Source of the DNA: Promethearchaeota archaeon
GTDB lineage: Archaea; Asgardarchaeota; Lokiarchaeia; Sigyniarchaeales; SOKP01
DNA: 64,000 nt
Direction: 5' to 3'
NCBI GenBank assembly: GCA_048938895.1
Contig: JBHLLU010000011.1
Span: forward strand, 30,265-94,264
The position numbers were made by a program, and so were the translations under genes. The notes below the pieces were generated by a model. It saw only the letters and a program-made list of their open reading frames with translations. It searched no databases and was not told the origin of the DNA. Shown here one piece after another: positions 1 through 9,848 of this stretch. Positions within the stretch are counted from its first letter, which is position 1, and every line of letters begins with the position of its first letter.

Positions 1-2
1 AG

Positions 3-722
3 TTAAAACCCTATGTAATTGATACTGCATTTTATTTAAATAAGGTAATTGATTCTGGTAAAAAAGTTGTCTTTGAAGGAGCTCAGGGAAATCTATTAGG
101 ATTAGACCATGGAATGTATCCATTTGGAACTTCTTCAAATCCAAATGTTCTTGGGATTTCTGCGGGAACCGGAATCCCACCTAAAAAGCTAAATAAAGTG
201 CTTGGAATTATTAAAGCATACACTTCAAGAGTTGGTTCAGGAAAATTTCCCACAGAATTATTTAATGATATAGCGGAAAAAATAAGGGAACAAGGTCGAG
301 AATATGGGACAGTAACGGGAAGACCTAGAAGAGTAGGATGGATAGATCTTTTTAACATTAAATATGGGATAATGATTAATGGAGTAGATAAAATCGCAAT
401 AACTCTATTAGATGCTCTACAAGGTATTAATCCTGTTAAAATGTGTACCGGATACGAATTAGATGGAAAAATTCTCGAAAGTTGGCCAATTCAGCATGAA
501 ATAATCGAACAGTGTAAGCCAATTTATAAATTGTTTAAAGGATGGGAAGAAATAACAAGGGAGAGATGGCAAGAAATTGCTCAGAATGGGTACGAAGCGT
601 TACCTGATACAATGAAAATATATATTCAAGCGATTAAGGAAGAATTACAGATTGAGATTGCTATGATCTCAATCGGACCTGATAGAACTGAAACTATTGT
701 TATAGATAAAGATCTTTTCTAA
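3..722 (+). CDS. purA: Adenylosuccinate synthetase, C-terminal part (5' end lies upstream of window)
   Basis: Frame is open from nt 3. Translation LKPYVIDTAFYLNKVIDSGKKVVFEGAQGNLLGLDHGMYPFGTSSNP...KAYTSRVGSGKFPTEL...GTVTGRPRRVGWIDL carries the conserved PurA motifs. Confidence 0.95.
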   Translation, partial: LKPYVIDTAFYLNKVIDSGKKVVFEGAQGNLLGLDHGMYPFGTSSNPNVLGISAGTGIPPKKLNKVLGIIKAYTSRVGSGKFPTELFNDIAEKIREQGREYGTVTGRPRRVGWIDLFNIKYGIMINGVDKIAITLLDALQGINPVKMCTGYELDGKILESWPIQHEIIEQCKPIYKLFKGWEEITRERWQEIAQNGYEALPDTMKIYIQAIKEELQIEIAMISIGPDRTETIVIDKDLF

Positions 723-728
723 AAGAAA

Positions 729-744
729 TTTTTTATTTTTTTTT
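729..744 (+). terminator. Oligo-T tract downstream of purA stop (archaeal-type termination signal candidate)
   Basis: tt ttttattttt tttt begins 7 nt after the TAA at 720-722, between convergent genes. Confidence 0.35.
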
Positions 745-748
745 AATC

Positions 749-1270
749 TTAAAATTTAGGATTCTCATAAGTTTTTAGTTCAAATTGCATTCCACAATGA
801 AAGCAATAAGCGAATCCCTTTGAGATTAAAAGAAACTGCATGGATTCTGTTAATTTGTGCCCACATTCAGTACAATAACTAGGAATTTTTTCTCTCTCTA
901 TTCCATATTGAGATAATCTCTGTTCTACAGGAGTCACTTGTACTTCAGTAGTAGGTAGTATTTTTCCCTTCTGTTTTTTTGGTTTTCCTGATATCGCATA
1001 GTATAAGGCTTCAAATAATTTATAAAGTCCAATAAATATTCCTTTAAAAAGATAATATAACCCCTTGAATAAGTAATACAATAAATACCCCACACCCTTT
1101 AAAATATAGTAAACTAAAATAATTGCACCAATTAAAATTGCGATAATTCCTATTGCAACTAGAATTTGTGTAAGTAAGGGTAATTCTAAAAACCATGCAA
1201 TTGGATCTTCCCAGATAATATCCCAACCCGATTGAAATAAGTTCAAATCAATATTCATATTTATTCTCAA
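749..1270 (-). CDS. Hypothetical membrane protein with C-terminal zinc ribbon
   Basis: Hydrophobic N-terminal half (ILVAIGIIAILIGAIILVYYIL, repeated YYLFKG). C-terminal CTECGHKL...CFHCGMQF Cys pairs. No family recognised. Confidence 0.5.
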   Translation of the reverse strand: MRINMNIDLNLFQSGWDIIWEDPIAWFLELPLLTQILVAIGIIAILIGAIILVYYILKGVGYLLYYLFKGLYYLFKGIFIGLYKLFEALYYAISGKPKKQKGKILPTTEVQVTPVEQRLSQYGIEREKIPSYCTECGHKLTESMQFLLISKGFAYCFHCGMQFELKTYENPKF

Positions 1271-1349
1271 TTAAAAATAATATATTTTGTATTAAAAAAA
1301 AATTGGAGTCCATTTTTTAATTGGTTAAAACTCATTGATCTTTATGTTT

Positions 1350-1910
1350 TTACTTTAAACATACTAATCCAAAACGGTAAACATGATTAATTGGTGGCCA
1401 TTCAATAGGGATCTTTAGCTTATTTGTCATTGCCGTGACATCGATGCCAACAGCTTCCATAGAGTATCTTTTCTTGTCAGGGTATCGACAAGGTTCTCCA
1501 CTATCATAATTACATCCTTTATCTATTTTATTATTGCATGTTCGACAGTATCCGTCCCATAAAATAAGCTTTTCTTCAAAATTTGCTTTATAATTTTCGA
1601 TAAACATATATATTTCTTGCTCTAATTTATCCCTTAAGAGATTATTCGTGAATAACATATCTCTTATTTCTTTTTCACTTGAGGTAGGATTTTTAGCTTT
1701 TTCATTCTTAATATAATTAATAAAATCAAGCTTATAATAAATTAGATAAAATCTATTAAAATTCGAGACTTTTTTTTCTAAATACGGAGCCTCGGGTGGA
1801 CAAGCCCATGAGTGTCTATAGTTGGGACACTTAAACTTAGGACTTACACAATAAGTTTGAACTTTTGGGTCAAAAATTATATCTCCTAATTTAATTTCGA
1901 GAAATGGCAA
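1350..1910 (-). CDS. DUF2284-like predicted metal-binding protein
   Basis: Motif CPNYRHSWACPPEAP plus further Cys clusters (CRTCNNKIDKGC, CRYPD) is typical of the DUF2284 family as I recall it. Confidence 0.55.
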   Translation of the reverse strand: MPFLEIKLGDIIFDPKVQTYCVSPKFKCPNYRHSWACPPEAPYLEKKVSNFNRFYLIYYKLDFINYIKNEKAKNPTSSEKEIRDMLFTNNLLRDKLEQEIYMFIENYKANFEEKLILWDGYCRTCNNKIDKGCNYDSGEPCRYPDKKRYSMEAVGIDVTAMTNKLKIPIEWPPINHVYRFGLVCLK

Positions 1911-2077
1911 GAGAAATATTAGTTAATGTATTTATAAGAGTAAAATTTTAGTTATCTAATATTTTTTTCGATTTAGATCTAATATAATTCTTATTAAGTG
2001 GAAAATGCAATTTTTTTTAAGAAATAAACAATAAATGTGATTATCAAGTCGAAACGTATCAATAGTCAATTCTTTAT

Positions 2078-2755
2078 GTGAATGAAATGAAGTTAAAAAA
2101 GATGAAATTAAAACTTAAAAAAGATAAAAAGAACGAATTATTAAACGCTGCAAATAAATTCTATACAGAAGTTATAGACGGTTCGTTGTTGCTCCATGAA
2201 TGTATTAACGATCTTGTCGATGGAAAGATTATTAAAAAGAAATTAGATAACGTAATTGAATGCGAACATAAAGCTGATATTGCTAAAGAAAATTACATTA
2301 ATGTCTTGTATAAGGATAAAAGAGCTCTTCCTTTTTTAGTTGAAGATCGTTATCGAATAATAAAATACCTAGATATTGTCTCAGACAGCTCAGAGGAACT
2401 AGCAAGAGGCCTTAGAGTTTTTCCCTTTGAACTTTTTGATGATTTGAAAAAAGATCTGAAAGTAATGAATGATTTATACCAAGAAACAATTGATACTTTG
2501 GTGGATATGGTAAATTTAATGGAGACTGATTTCAAAACAGCTTATCAAAAAAGTTTCTATATTGAAACTCTAAAAAGAAGTGCTCGTCAGGCGAAATATA
2601 GCATTTTGGAAACATTATATCAAAAACCAGAGAAAGAAGCTCTCCGGATATATCTTACATCAAAAATTTGTATTAAAATTTTTGATATGATTATTAGAGC
2701 AGAAGAAATCAGCGATTTTTTAAGGAGTTTAATTGTAAAATATCCAAGTAAATAA
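2078..2755 (+). CDS. DUF47 / PhoU-like phosphate-transport regulator (TIGR00153-like)
   Basis: Helical protein of about 220 aa with EHKADI...LPFLVEDRYRIIKYLDIVSDSSEE, resembling the DUF47 signature. It lies 29 nt upstream of a PiT transporter, the classic pairing. GTG start; an alternative ATG lies at 2087. Confidence 0.7.
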   Translation: MNEMKLKKMKLKLKKDKKNELLNAANKFYTEVIDGSLLLHECINDLVDGKIIKKKLDNVIECEHKADIAKENYINVLYKDKRALPFLVEDRYRIIKYLDIVSDSSEELARGLRVFPFELFDDLKKDLKVMNDLYQETIDTLVDMVNLMETDFKTAYQKSFYIETLKRSARQAKYSILETLYQKPEKEALRIYLTSKICIKIFDMIIRAEEISDFLRSLIVKYPSK

Positions 2756-2784
2756 TAAATTACTTTTAAGGAGAAGAATATGAC

Positions 2785-3771
2785 ATGGATCCTGCTATAA
2801 TAATGACGATATTTCTGGTTATTTCCATATTAATCGCAATTGCGATTGGGGCTAATGATGAAACAATGGCACCTCTCTTTGGCTCAAGAATTCTTAACAT
2901 GAGGCAGATCATTGTCTTAGCAACAATTTTTGCTATATTTGGAGCTTTATTATTAGGAGAGGGTGTGGCTAAATCTGTAGGCGATGATATTCTTGTAACA
3001 GATAATTTTGCAGCTAGTGTTGACCATAATGCTGTTGTCTTAACAATATTAATCTCAACAACGATTTGGTTACTATTAGCTAGTGCTTTAGGTTTGCCAA
3101 TTTCAACAACTCATGCTACTATAGGGTCAATTATGGGTTTAGGGATGCTTTTAGGTGGTAGTAATGGTGTGGATTGGGATACAATTCTAGGAATGAGTAT
3201 GTGGTGGTTATTATCTCCCATAGTAGGTTTTACTATAACATATCTTGTTGTTATTCTATTAAATAGGCATAAAATAAAGCATTTGAATGGATTTCAGGAT
3301 TTTGAAAGATCAGAAAAAAGATATGCTCTTGTAATTTTCATTGTAATATGTATAACTGCATTTTCAAGATCAGGTAATGATAGTTCAAATGCAGTTGGAA
3401 TAGTAGTAGGCGTAGGGGAGGATATTAATATAACAGCATTATTAGTTATGACAGGTATTAGTTTAGCAATTGGTATAATAGTTTTAGGGAGAATAGTTAT
3501 AAGAAACTTAGGTAGAATGACTGAACTCAGACCAAGTACAGCTTTTGCAGCACAATTCCCAACAGCTGCAGTTATGCTTATTGGTACTATTCAAAAAATT
3601 CCTCTTTCTGGTTCCCATATGCTTGTTGCGTCTTTAGTAGGATTATCGAAAGCTAGTAAAACTCCTATGAAGAAAGGATTATGGAAAATAATTGCAATCT
3701 GGTTATTAACCTTTCCTATTTCAGCTATCCTTGCAATTATATTATATTTTCCTATAAGTGTTGGATTTTAA
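2785..3771 (+). CDS. Inorganic phosphate transporter, PiT (PHO4) family
   Basis: Polytopic membrane protein with the duplicated PiT signature GANDETMAPLFGS (N-terminal half) and GNDSSNAVG (C-terminal half). Confidence 0.9.
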   Translation: MDPAIIMTIFLVISILIAIAIGANDETMAPLFGSRILNMRQIIVLATIFAIFGALLLGEGVAKSVGDDILVTDNFAASVDHNAVVLTILISTTIWLLLASALGLPISTTHATIGSIMGLGMLLGGSNGVDWDTILGMSMWWLLSPIVGFTITYLVVILLNRHKIKHLNGFQDFERSEKRYALVIFIVICITAFSRSGNDSSNAVGIVVGVGEDINITALLVMTGISLAIGIIVLGRIVIRNLGRMTELRPSTAFAAQFPTAAVMLIGTIQKIPLSGSHMLVASLVGLSKASKTPMKKGLWKIIAIWLLTFPISAILAIILYFPISVGF

Positions 3772-3793
3772 TAAATTTTGATTTTTATTTATT

Positions 3794-4810
3794 CTATATA
3801 TTTTCAGTATTACAAGGGACTGGAAGATCTTTCATAGTTAAAAGCCCCGGTCTTGCCTCAATTACTTTAGGAATGAGATTAACGACCATCGCTGAAGTAC
3901 CTAAATCGCCATGAACTCCGCCAATTATTTTTTGTTCTAGTCGGGGTATACCTTCAATTATTACACTATCAAATTCTTCATGATCACCTGCATAAGCTAT
4001 AAAATCTAATGTGATGAATTCTATACCATCCTTTTTTGCAAAAGCTTTGCTCTGCAAACCACATACATATCCTTTTGGTACGATTTCCCCATAAGATGTA
4101 GTAAGTTCATTTTCCAATTCGATTGCCTCAGGTGGTAATTCAATTATTTCATCATATTCTTTACCAAGTGCTGCTACAATCATTTGAATTGATTGGGTTA
4201 ATCCAACATGCCCAGTGATTTCTTTCTTCCTTATTTTTTCATGAAATTCATCTTTGCTTAAACCAGTTCCAATTTTCTTTTGGAAGGGGACTCTTCTTTT
4301 TGTGGAATTCATCATTCTTGTCACTTTAATAGATTTTACACTTTGACATGGTGCCGTTAATACAATTGGGAGTAAATCCATAAGGTAACCAGGATTAATA
4401 CCAGTTCCTACCACGCTTACACTATTAGATTTCGCAAGTTCATCAATTTTTTTAGATAATTTGGGATGGCAATGAAATGGAAACGATAATTCTTCACAAA
4501 TAGAAATTACATTAATTCCAGATTTAACCGCACTTTTGATGGTAGGGATTATTTTTTCTAAAGAGGAAGATGTTGCGATTATAGCAACATCAACCTTTTC
4601 TTTCAAAAGGAAAGTATCTAGATCATCCCTTATAATCAAATCATTTTCCTTTCCATTATCTAAAAATTTGCTAATTTTTTTACCGATAAGTTCTGGATTA
4701 ATATCAAAGATTCCTCTCAATTCAAGATTTTTCCGTTTAAGCAGAAGAGTTGTGATAATTCTGCCCATAGGACCAAATCCAACTTGTATAACATCAAATC
4801 TTTTATTCAT
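3794..4810 (-). CDS. NAD(P)-dependent amine dehydrogenase / DapB-N-like oxidoreductase (2,4-diaminopentanoate dehydrogenase-like)
   Basis: N-terminal Rossmann motif VIQVGFGPMGRII. Length and layout fit the DapB-related amine dehydrogenase family. Adjacent to an aminomutase-like gene. Confidence 0.5.
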   Translation of the reverse strand: MNKRFDVIQVGFGPMGRIITTLLLKRKNLELRGIFDINPELIGKKISKFLDNGKENDLIIRDDLDTFLLKEKVDVAIIATSSSLEKIIPTIKSAVKSGINVISICEELSFPFHCHPKLSKKIDELAKSNSVSVVGTGINPGYLMDLLPIVLTAPCQSVKSIKVTRMMNSTKRRVPFQKKIGTGLSKDEFHEKIRKKEITGHVGLTQSIQMIVAALGKEYDEIIELPPEAIELENELTTSYGEIVPKGYVCGLQSKAFAKKDGIEFITLDFIAYAGDHEEFDSVIIEGIPRLEQKIIGGVHGDLGTSAMVVNLIPKVIEARPGLLTMKDLPVPCNTENI

Positions 4811-4883
4811 TTATTCTCCCTTTTTATAAGGCTATTTATTTAATATTTAAAATATGAATCTTTCTTTATCTTTTTTGATTTAA

Positions 4884-6221
4884 TTAAAACTTTGATTGGG
4901 AGACAGGTTGAGAAATCTCTTCAAGGATTTCTTGTATTTTCATTAAATGATCGCGAGTATGAGCCATAGATAGCGATCCCAATCCATGTAATCCAGAGAT
5001 ACCACGATTAAAAAGGGATAATTGAAGTAAAGCTTCTCTTTTCTTGTCTTTATATGCAAATATATCTTTTATCGAAGGATCCTCAATTGGTTTCGATAGT
5101 GCGTGAAGCATTATCATAGATTTATGACCAATAGCAATAATCTGTGATTTTTCTTCTTGAAAGATTGTATTTAGAGAATCGATTAATTTATTTCCTTCTT
5201 TATTTATCCTTTCATATTCATGGTAAGAATTTTTTAATATTTCCAGAGTTTTTAATCCAGCAATCATACTAAGGGGATATCCAGAAAATGTTCCTCCCCC
5301 AATTAAAACTTGATTCTCTATATCAGGTCTAGATTGATCAATAATATCACTTCTCCCCCCAATTGCTCCAATTGGCATACCTCCTCCAATAATTTTTCCC
5401 ATAGTAGTCAAATCAGGCATTATCCCGATTTCATTTTGAAAAAGGCCATCTCTAAATCGATATCCTGTAATGATTTCATCAAAGATTAAAAGGATTCCGA
5501 AATGTTCACACTCTTCCTTTAATCTCTTGAGAAACTCTAATTCTACAGGAAATCCTCCGCCACCACCTAAAACAGGTTCAAGAATTACAGCTGCTAAGGA
5601 CTCACCATTTTTTTTAATTATATCGAATGCATTTTCATCATTGATTTGAAATGTAACTATCCCCGCTTGTTCTGCATTAGGAAGACCTGGTGAAACTTGA
5701 CCGTTAGCTAAAGAACCAACAGCATATGACAAAGTATCATTTGCCCCATGCCATCCTAATTTAGCTTTTGCAATTAATTTTCTCTTAGTAAAAGCTCTAG
5801 CTAATCGTGAAGCATACATTGTCGCTTCAGTCCCTGATACACAAAATCTTACTTTCTCGATTCCTGGATTACCCTGAACAATTGTATTCGCTAGTTTCAC
5901 TTGATATTCTGTATTTGTTCCAAAATGCCAACCATTTTCTAAAAATTTCTTTAATATTTTTTGGATTTCAGGAGGATTATGCCCTAAAATCATAGCAAAA
6001 TGACCATTCCAGCAATCTATATACTTATTATCATCTAAATCTATTAAATACGCGCCATCACTAGACTTAATAAAGACAGGAAAACCACCTATTAAGGGTA
6101 ACCCAAATGTTCTAATATTGTGAGATATCCCTCCAGGTAACACTTTAAGTGCTTTTTGCCAAAGATCTTTTGATTTTGGCCTATTCTTCTGAAATCTATC
6201 CAATTCTTGTTTAACAAACAA
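4884..6221 (-). CDS. Class III PLP aminotransferase, glutamate-1-semialdehyde 2,1-aminomutase-like
   Basis: LPGGISHNIRTF near the N-terminus, FDEIITGYRF, and the PLP-lysine context TMGKIIGGGMPIGAIGGR are typical of the HemL family. Confidence 0.75.
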   Translation of the reverse strand: MFVKQELDRFQKNRPKSKDLWQKALKVLPGGISHNIRTFGLPLIGGFPVFIKSSDGAYLIDLDDNKYIDCWNGHFAMILGHNPPEIQKILKKFLENGWHFGTNTEYQVKLANTIVQGNPGIEKVRFCVSGTEATMYASRLARAFTKRKLIAKAKLGWHGANDTLSYAVGSLANGQVSPGLPNAEQAGIVTFQINDENAFDIIKKNGESLAAVILEPVLGGGGGFPVELEFLKRLKEECEHFGILLIFDEIITGYRFRDGLFQNEIGIMPDLTTMGKIIGGGMPIGAIGGRSDIIDQSRPDIENQVLIGGGTFSGYPLSMIAGLKTLEILKNSYHEYERINKEGNKLIDSLNTIFQEEKSQIIAIGHKSMIMLHALSKPIEDPSIKDIFAYKDKKREALLQLSLFNRGISGLHGLGSLSMAHTRDHLMKIQEILEEISQPVSQSKF

Positions 6222-6412
6222 CTAAAGAACCTTCCCTTTGTTTATAATTACCCTAATTTTTGATAATTTAATATTTTAGTGATTGCCTTTTTACTATATT
6301 AAATCAATTCAAATTTTACTATTTTTTATAGTAATTTGAAGCCCAAAAGAAAACTCAAAATATTTCTACAAAATAAAAATAATTCATGAAAGTTTATATG
6401 TGAACTTAATTA

Positions 6413-6982
6413 ATGTTAGTTAAGATTATGGAGAGTGAAAAAACGGAAATTATTGATTTCTCAGGGGAAAAATTTCATAATTTTACAATGCCATGTTGGA
6501 TTGTAATGATTCTTGTTCCAGTTTTAGCTATCTTAGATACATATTTAATGATTAGATTCCCAGAATCTCCACTTGCTATATTGTTGAGTTTATCTCTAAT
6601 AGGTATCTTTATTATCTATTATTATTATGTGGCTACTAAGTCTCCAGGAAAACTTAGGAAAGTTTCAATTTCATATGATGAAATTGTATTTGAATTACCT
6701 CATAGACCTCAATATACTATTTTTTGGTCTGAATGTGAAAAGATCGAAATTAAGTTAAAAAAGCTTGGGTTAAAACCATTCGACGTATACCATTTTCGTT
6801 TTATTAATGATAAGGCAGATAAAAAAATTATTTTAAGTTTAAATGATTTCCATAAATCGAAAATAACAGATATCTTGAAAATAATAAAGGAACACGCATA
6901 TATAATGAATAAAGAATTCTCTGCTATAAAGGAATCTGAAGTATCAGGAGTGCACTTTATTGAGGATTTAGAGATTAATTAA
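6413..6982 (+). CDS. Hypothetical membrane protein (2 TM + soluble C-terminal domain)
   Basis: Two hydrophobic helices (WIVMILVPVLAILDTYLMI, AILLSLSLIGIFIIYYYYV). No family recognised. Confidence 0.45.
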   Translation: MLVKIMESEKTEIIDFSGEKFHNFTMPCWIVMILVPVLAILDTYLMIRFPESPLAILLSLSLIGIFIIYYYYVATKSPGKLRKVSISYDEIVFELPHRPQYTIFWSECEKIEIKLKKLGLKPFDVYHFRFINDKADKKIILSLNDFHKSKITDILKIIKEHAYIMNKEFSAIKESEVSGVHFIEDLEIN

Positions 6983-6992
6983 TCTTTCCTAT

Positions 6993-8321
6993 CTAATTTT
7001 TAGCACCACACATCGGGCAATTACTAGTATTTTGGAGAGTTGCGCCACATATTTTACATAGAGTAATTGTTGCTGCTCCTCTTTTTCTTGGAGGATTAAG
7101 AGAAGTAATCGAGACAGAGGGTTGAGTTTCTATTTGTACTGGTTTGCTGATTTCCGTTGCAAGATTATCTTTTTTTAACTTAATTTCAATTTCTTTACCA
7201 AAAAATCCACCAACCTTTACCTTTTTTGTAGGTTCTATATAAGGAGTAGGAGGTTTTAATTGATCAATACTAATTTCTTCATCAATTTGTTCCATTTCTA
7301 CTGATGATTCTTCCTCAAATGGTTCTTGTGCTTCCTCAACCTCTATTTCTTCTGGTTCTGTGGGAATATCTTCTTCTGTTTCAAGTTCAGGATATTCTTC
7401 TTCTAATTCTTCTTCATATACCATATTTACAAATTCTTCATCTAATTTCAATAATGTTTCGCATTGAGGACATCGGTATATATGCTTAAATCCGATATTC
7501 TTAGCAAGTGAATACTTTGCAGCACAACAACTGTGAAATTTAGCACTACAATTAAAACACTTATGGATTTCATCTGAATGAGCTTCACAAATGGGACATA
7601 ATTCCTGTTCACAAATTGTACATATTTCTTCGTCATCTGGTGAAAGACTTATAAGATCGACAGCTAAACGTTCGTAGAAAACCTTATCTTCTATTAATAT
7701 ATTTTCTATTTCATCGGTTTTAAGCACTTTAAATTCCTTTTTATTTTGAATTAATGAACCTAGAATATTTTGCAGGAGTTTTTCATCCTGACAATAGAAC
7801 ATACCTCCATGTGTTTCACTCGAAATTACCTTTAATTTAACATCATCCTCATAGAATTTCTCGTTTCCAACTCGAATAATATCAATAAAGGCGGAAAATT
7901 TCTTTGCTTTAATCAATAAATCATATAGGGCATTATAGTAATCTTCAGCTAATTTACTTGGGGTATCAGAAATTATTATTACTCGATAATTTTTCCTTGC
8001 ATCTCTACTTTTTCTAAAGATATAGGCCAATATTTCATACAATCCATTTTCCAAATAACTTTGTTCTGTTTCTCTTGTTTCCCAAGAATTATTGATTGTA
8101 TTTAATACTGCTTCTGAATCTTTTATATCGTATTCATTTACGGGATTCTCATTTTTTTGAAAGATAACTACACCATAAGAGCTTAAAGCATTAAATTTAT
8201 CTTTTTCTTTAATAAATGCACCGATAGCTTTCATCAAAGACTTCTTTTTAAGAAAATCTGATATGATATCTATAAAAAAGATAAATTCCTCCGAATTAAT
8301 TGAATCCGAACTGGTTAGCAT
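6993..8321 (-). CDS. vWA-like domain protein with central PHD/RING-like C4HC3 Cys cluster and C-terminal zinc ribbon (paralog 1)
   Basis: The N-terminal ~190 aa has a Rpn10/p44-style vWA pattern (NYRVIIISDTPS, KKFSAFIDIIRVGNE). Cys cluster: C242-x2-C-x9-C-x2-C-x4-H-x2-C-x17-C-x2-C287. Followed by an acidic linker, a GGFFGK motif and a C-terminal CKICG...CPMCG. Confidence 0.6.
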   Translation of the reverse strand: MLTSSDSINSEEFIFFIDIISDFLKKKSLMKAIGAFIKEKDKFNALSSYGVVIFQKNENPVNEYDIKDSEAVLNTINNSWETRETEQSYLENGLYEILAYIFRKSRDARKNYRVIIISDTPSKLAEDYYNALYDLLIKAKKFSAFIDIIRVGNEKFYEDDVKLKVISSETHGGMFYCQDEKLLQNILGSLIQNKKEFKVLKTDEIENILIEDKVFYERLAVDLISLSPDDEEICTICEQELCPICEAHSDEIHKCFNCSAKFHSCCAAKYSLAKNIGFKHIYRCPQCETLLKLDEEFVNMVYEEELEEEYPELETEEDIPTEPEEIEVEEAQEPFEEESSVEMEQIDEEISIDQLKPPTPYIEPTKKVKVGGFFGKEIEIKLKKDNLATEISKPVQIETQPSVSITSLNPPRKRGAATITLCKICGATLQNTSNCPMCGAKN

Positions 8322-8474
8322 CTTTATGCTTATTTACTATTTGAATCTATGAAAAATATCCTTAAATTATAAAAAAATAATATTAGAAGTTGTATTTATT
8401 TTTATTTATTATATTTCTGATTTAGGTAAAATTTCTATTTGCAATTATTACTGTCTAAATTTGTTAAAAAAACA

Positions 8475-9848
8475 TTATATTATCCTAAAACCACAATTTG
8501 GACATTTAGTTTCTTGGTTGGGATTTATTTGTGTTCCACATTGCTGACAAATCAAAAAATTAGATTGAGATCTCGTTCTAGAAGACCTTGTATTATTGGA
8601 GGAATTTAAAGTTAGAGTTTTTTCTTTTAATTTAGTGGGATTTGCGTTATTGGATTTGAAAGTAGCTTTAGTAGATATCCTCTCATACACAATTTTATCA
8701 TTTACTTTTTTAACAGTATATACTTTTCCAAAGAATCCACCTATTCTAACTGTTTTAATTGTTTCTCCCTCTGCGTTTACATGGTTACTAAGGGATGTTG
8801 AATCTAATTTCTTAATTTCTCTTTGAATGGGAGGAGCTACAGTTTTTAGGGCTGGTTTTGCTTTTTCAAGTCTTTTAGGAATCTGTTCTAGTACTTCTTT
8901 TACCATGAATTCTTTTACTGTTGTCACTTCTACTTCACCAGATACTTCAATAATTTCATCCTCATCAATCTTAAGGAGTACATCACATTTTTTATTAGGG
9001 CAACGAAAAATGTTAGGGATTCCAATATTATGGTTTATAGTGTAATTTGTAATACAACAATTATGAAAACTAGTATTACAATCCTCACAAACTAAGGGAA
9101 TATCATCAACATTGGTACAAACTGGGCATAGCTCCTCATTACAGAAATAACATACCAACTTTTCCATAGTTGATTCTGATTTTAATAAGGGTTTCGCTAA
9201 ATAGTTATAAAAGGAATAATCTTCTTTACTTATCTGAATCCGATTAGGTTGATCAGTAAAAGTACTAGTAAATTGTTTAGTTTTTACTAATTTTTTTATT
9301 GTATCATTGAATTCTTTTTTCTCATGAATGTAAAATATCCCACCCTTGGTATCGCTTGCTAACATATTCAATTTTACGTCATCACTAAAAAATCTTGTAT
9401 CGCCCTCAGAAATTCTTAGAATATCGATAAAAGTAGGGAAATTCTTTATTTTTGAAACAAGATTAAATAATGCTTCTTGATAGTCTTCTGATAAATCAGA
9501 GGGTGTATCTGTTATAACTATAATTCGATTAAATTTTGACTTCTTTCTTACTGTTTCTGCGATATAAGAAAAGATATAGAATAGCCCATTTTCAAAGAAA
9601 CTTTGCTTCCTTGGTCGAAATCTCCAATTTTCTTCAATAGAATTTGCAATTATTCCCGCATCTTTCTTATCTGTAATAAATATTGGATTGCCTTCTTCTT
9701 GGAAAATGAGAATTGAATAATGTCCCTTTAAGTTAACTTTATTTTTTTCATCAATGTAATATTTAATAGCTTTTATTATCTCTTTTTTTTTAAGTAAGTC
9801 TTTTGTTAGATCCAAGTAGAAATAGACATCTTCTTTCATATTCTTCAC
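8475..9848 (-). CDS. vWA-like domain protein with central PHD/RING-like C4HC3 Cys cluster and C-terminal zinc ribbon (paralog 2)
   Basis: Collinear with 6993..8321 (NRIIVITDTPS, NFPTFIDILRISEG). Cys cluster: C241-x2-C-x9-C-x2-C-x4-H-x2-C-x17-C-x4-C288. Also has GGFFGK and a C-terminal CQQCG...CPNCG. Confidence 0.6.
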   Translation of the reverse strand: MKNMKEDVYFYLDLTKDLLKKKEIIKAIKYYIDEKNKVNLKGHYSILIFQEEGNPIFITDKKDAGIIANSIEENWRFRPRKQSFFENGLFYIFSYIAETVRKKSKFNRIIVITDTPSDLSEDYQEALFNLVSKIKNFPTFIDILRISEGDTRFFSDDVKLNMLASDTKGGIFYIHEKKEFNDTIKKLVKTKQFTSTFTDQPNRIQISKEDYSFYNYLAKPLLKSESTMEKLVCYFCNEELCPVCTNVDDIPLVCEDCNTSFHNCCITNYTINHNIGIPNIFRCPNKKCDVLLKIDEDEIIEVSGEVEVTTVKEFMVKEVLEQIPKRLEKAKPALKTVAPPIQREIKKLDSTSLSNHVNAEGETIKTVRIGGFFGKVYTVKKVNDKIVYERISTKATFKSNNANPTKLKEKTLTLNSSNNTRSSRTRSQSNFLICQQCGTQINPNQETKCPNCGFRII

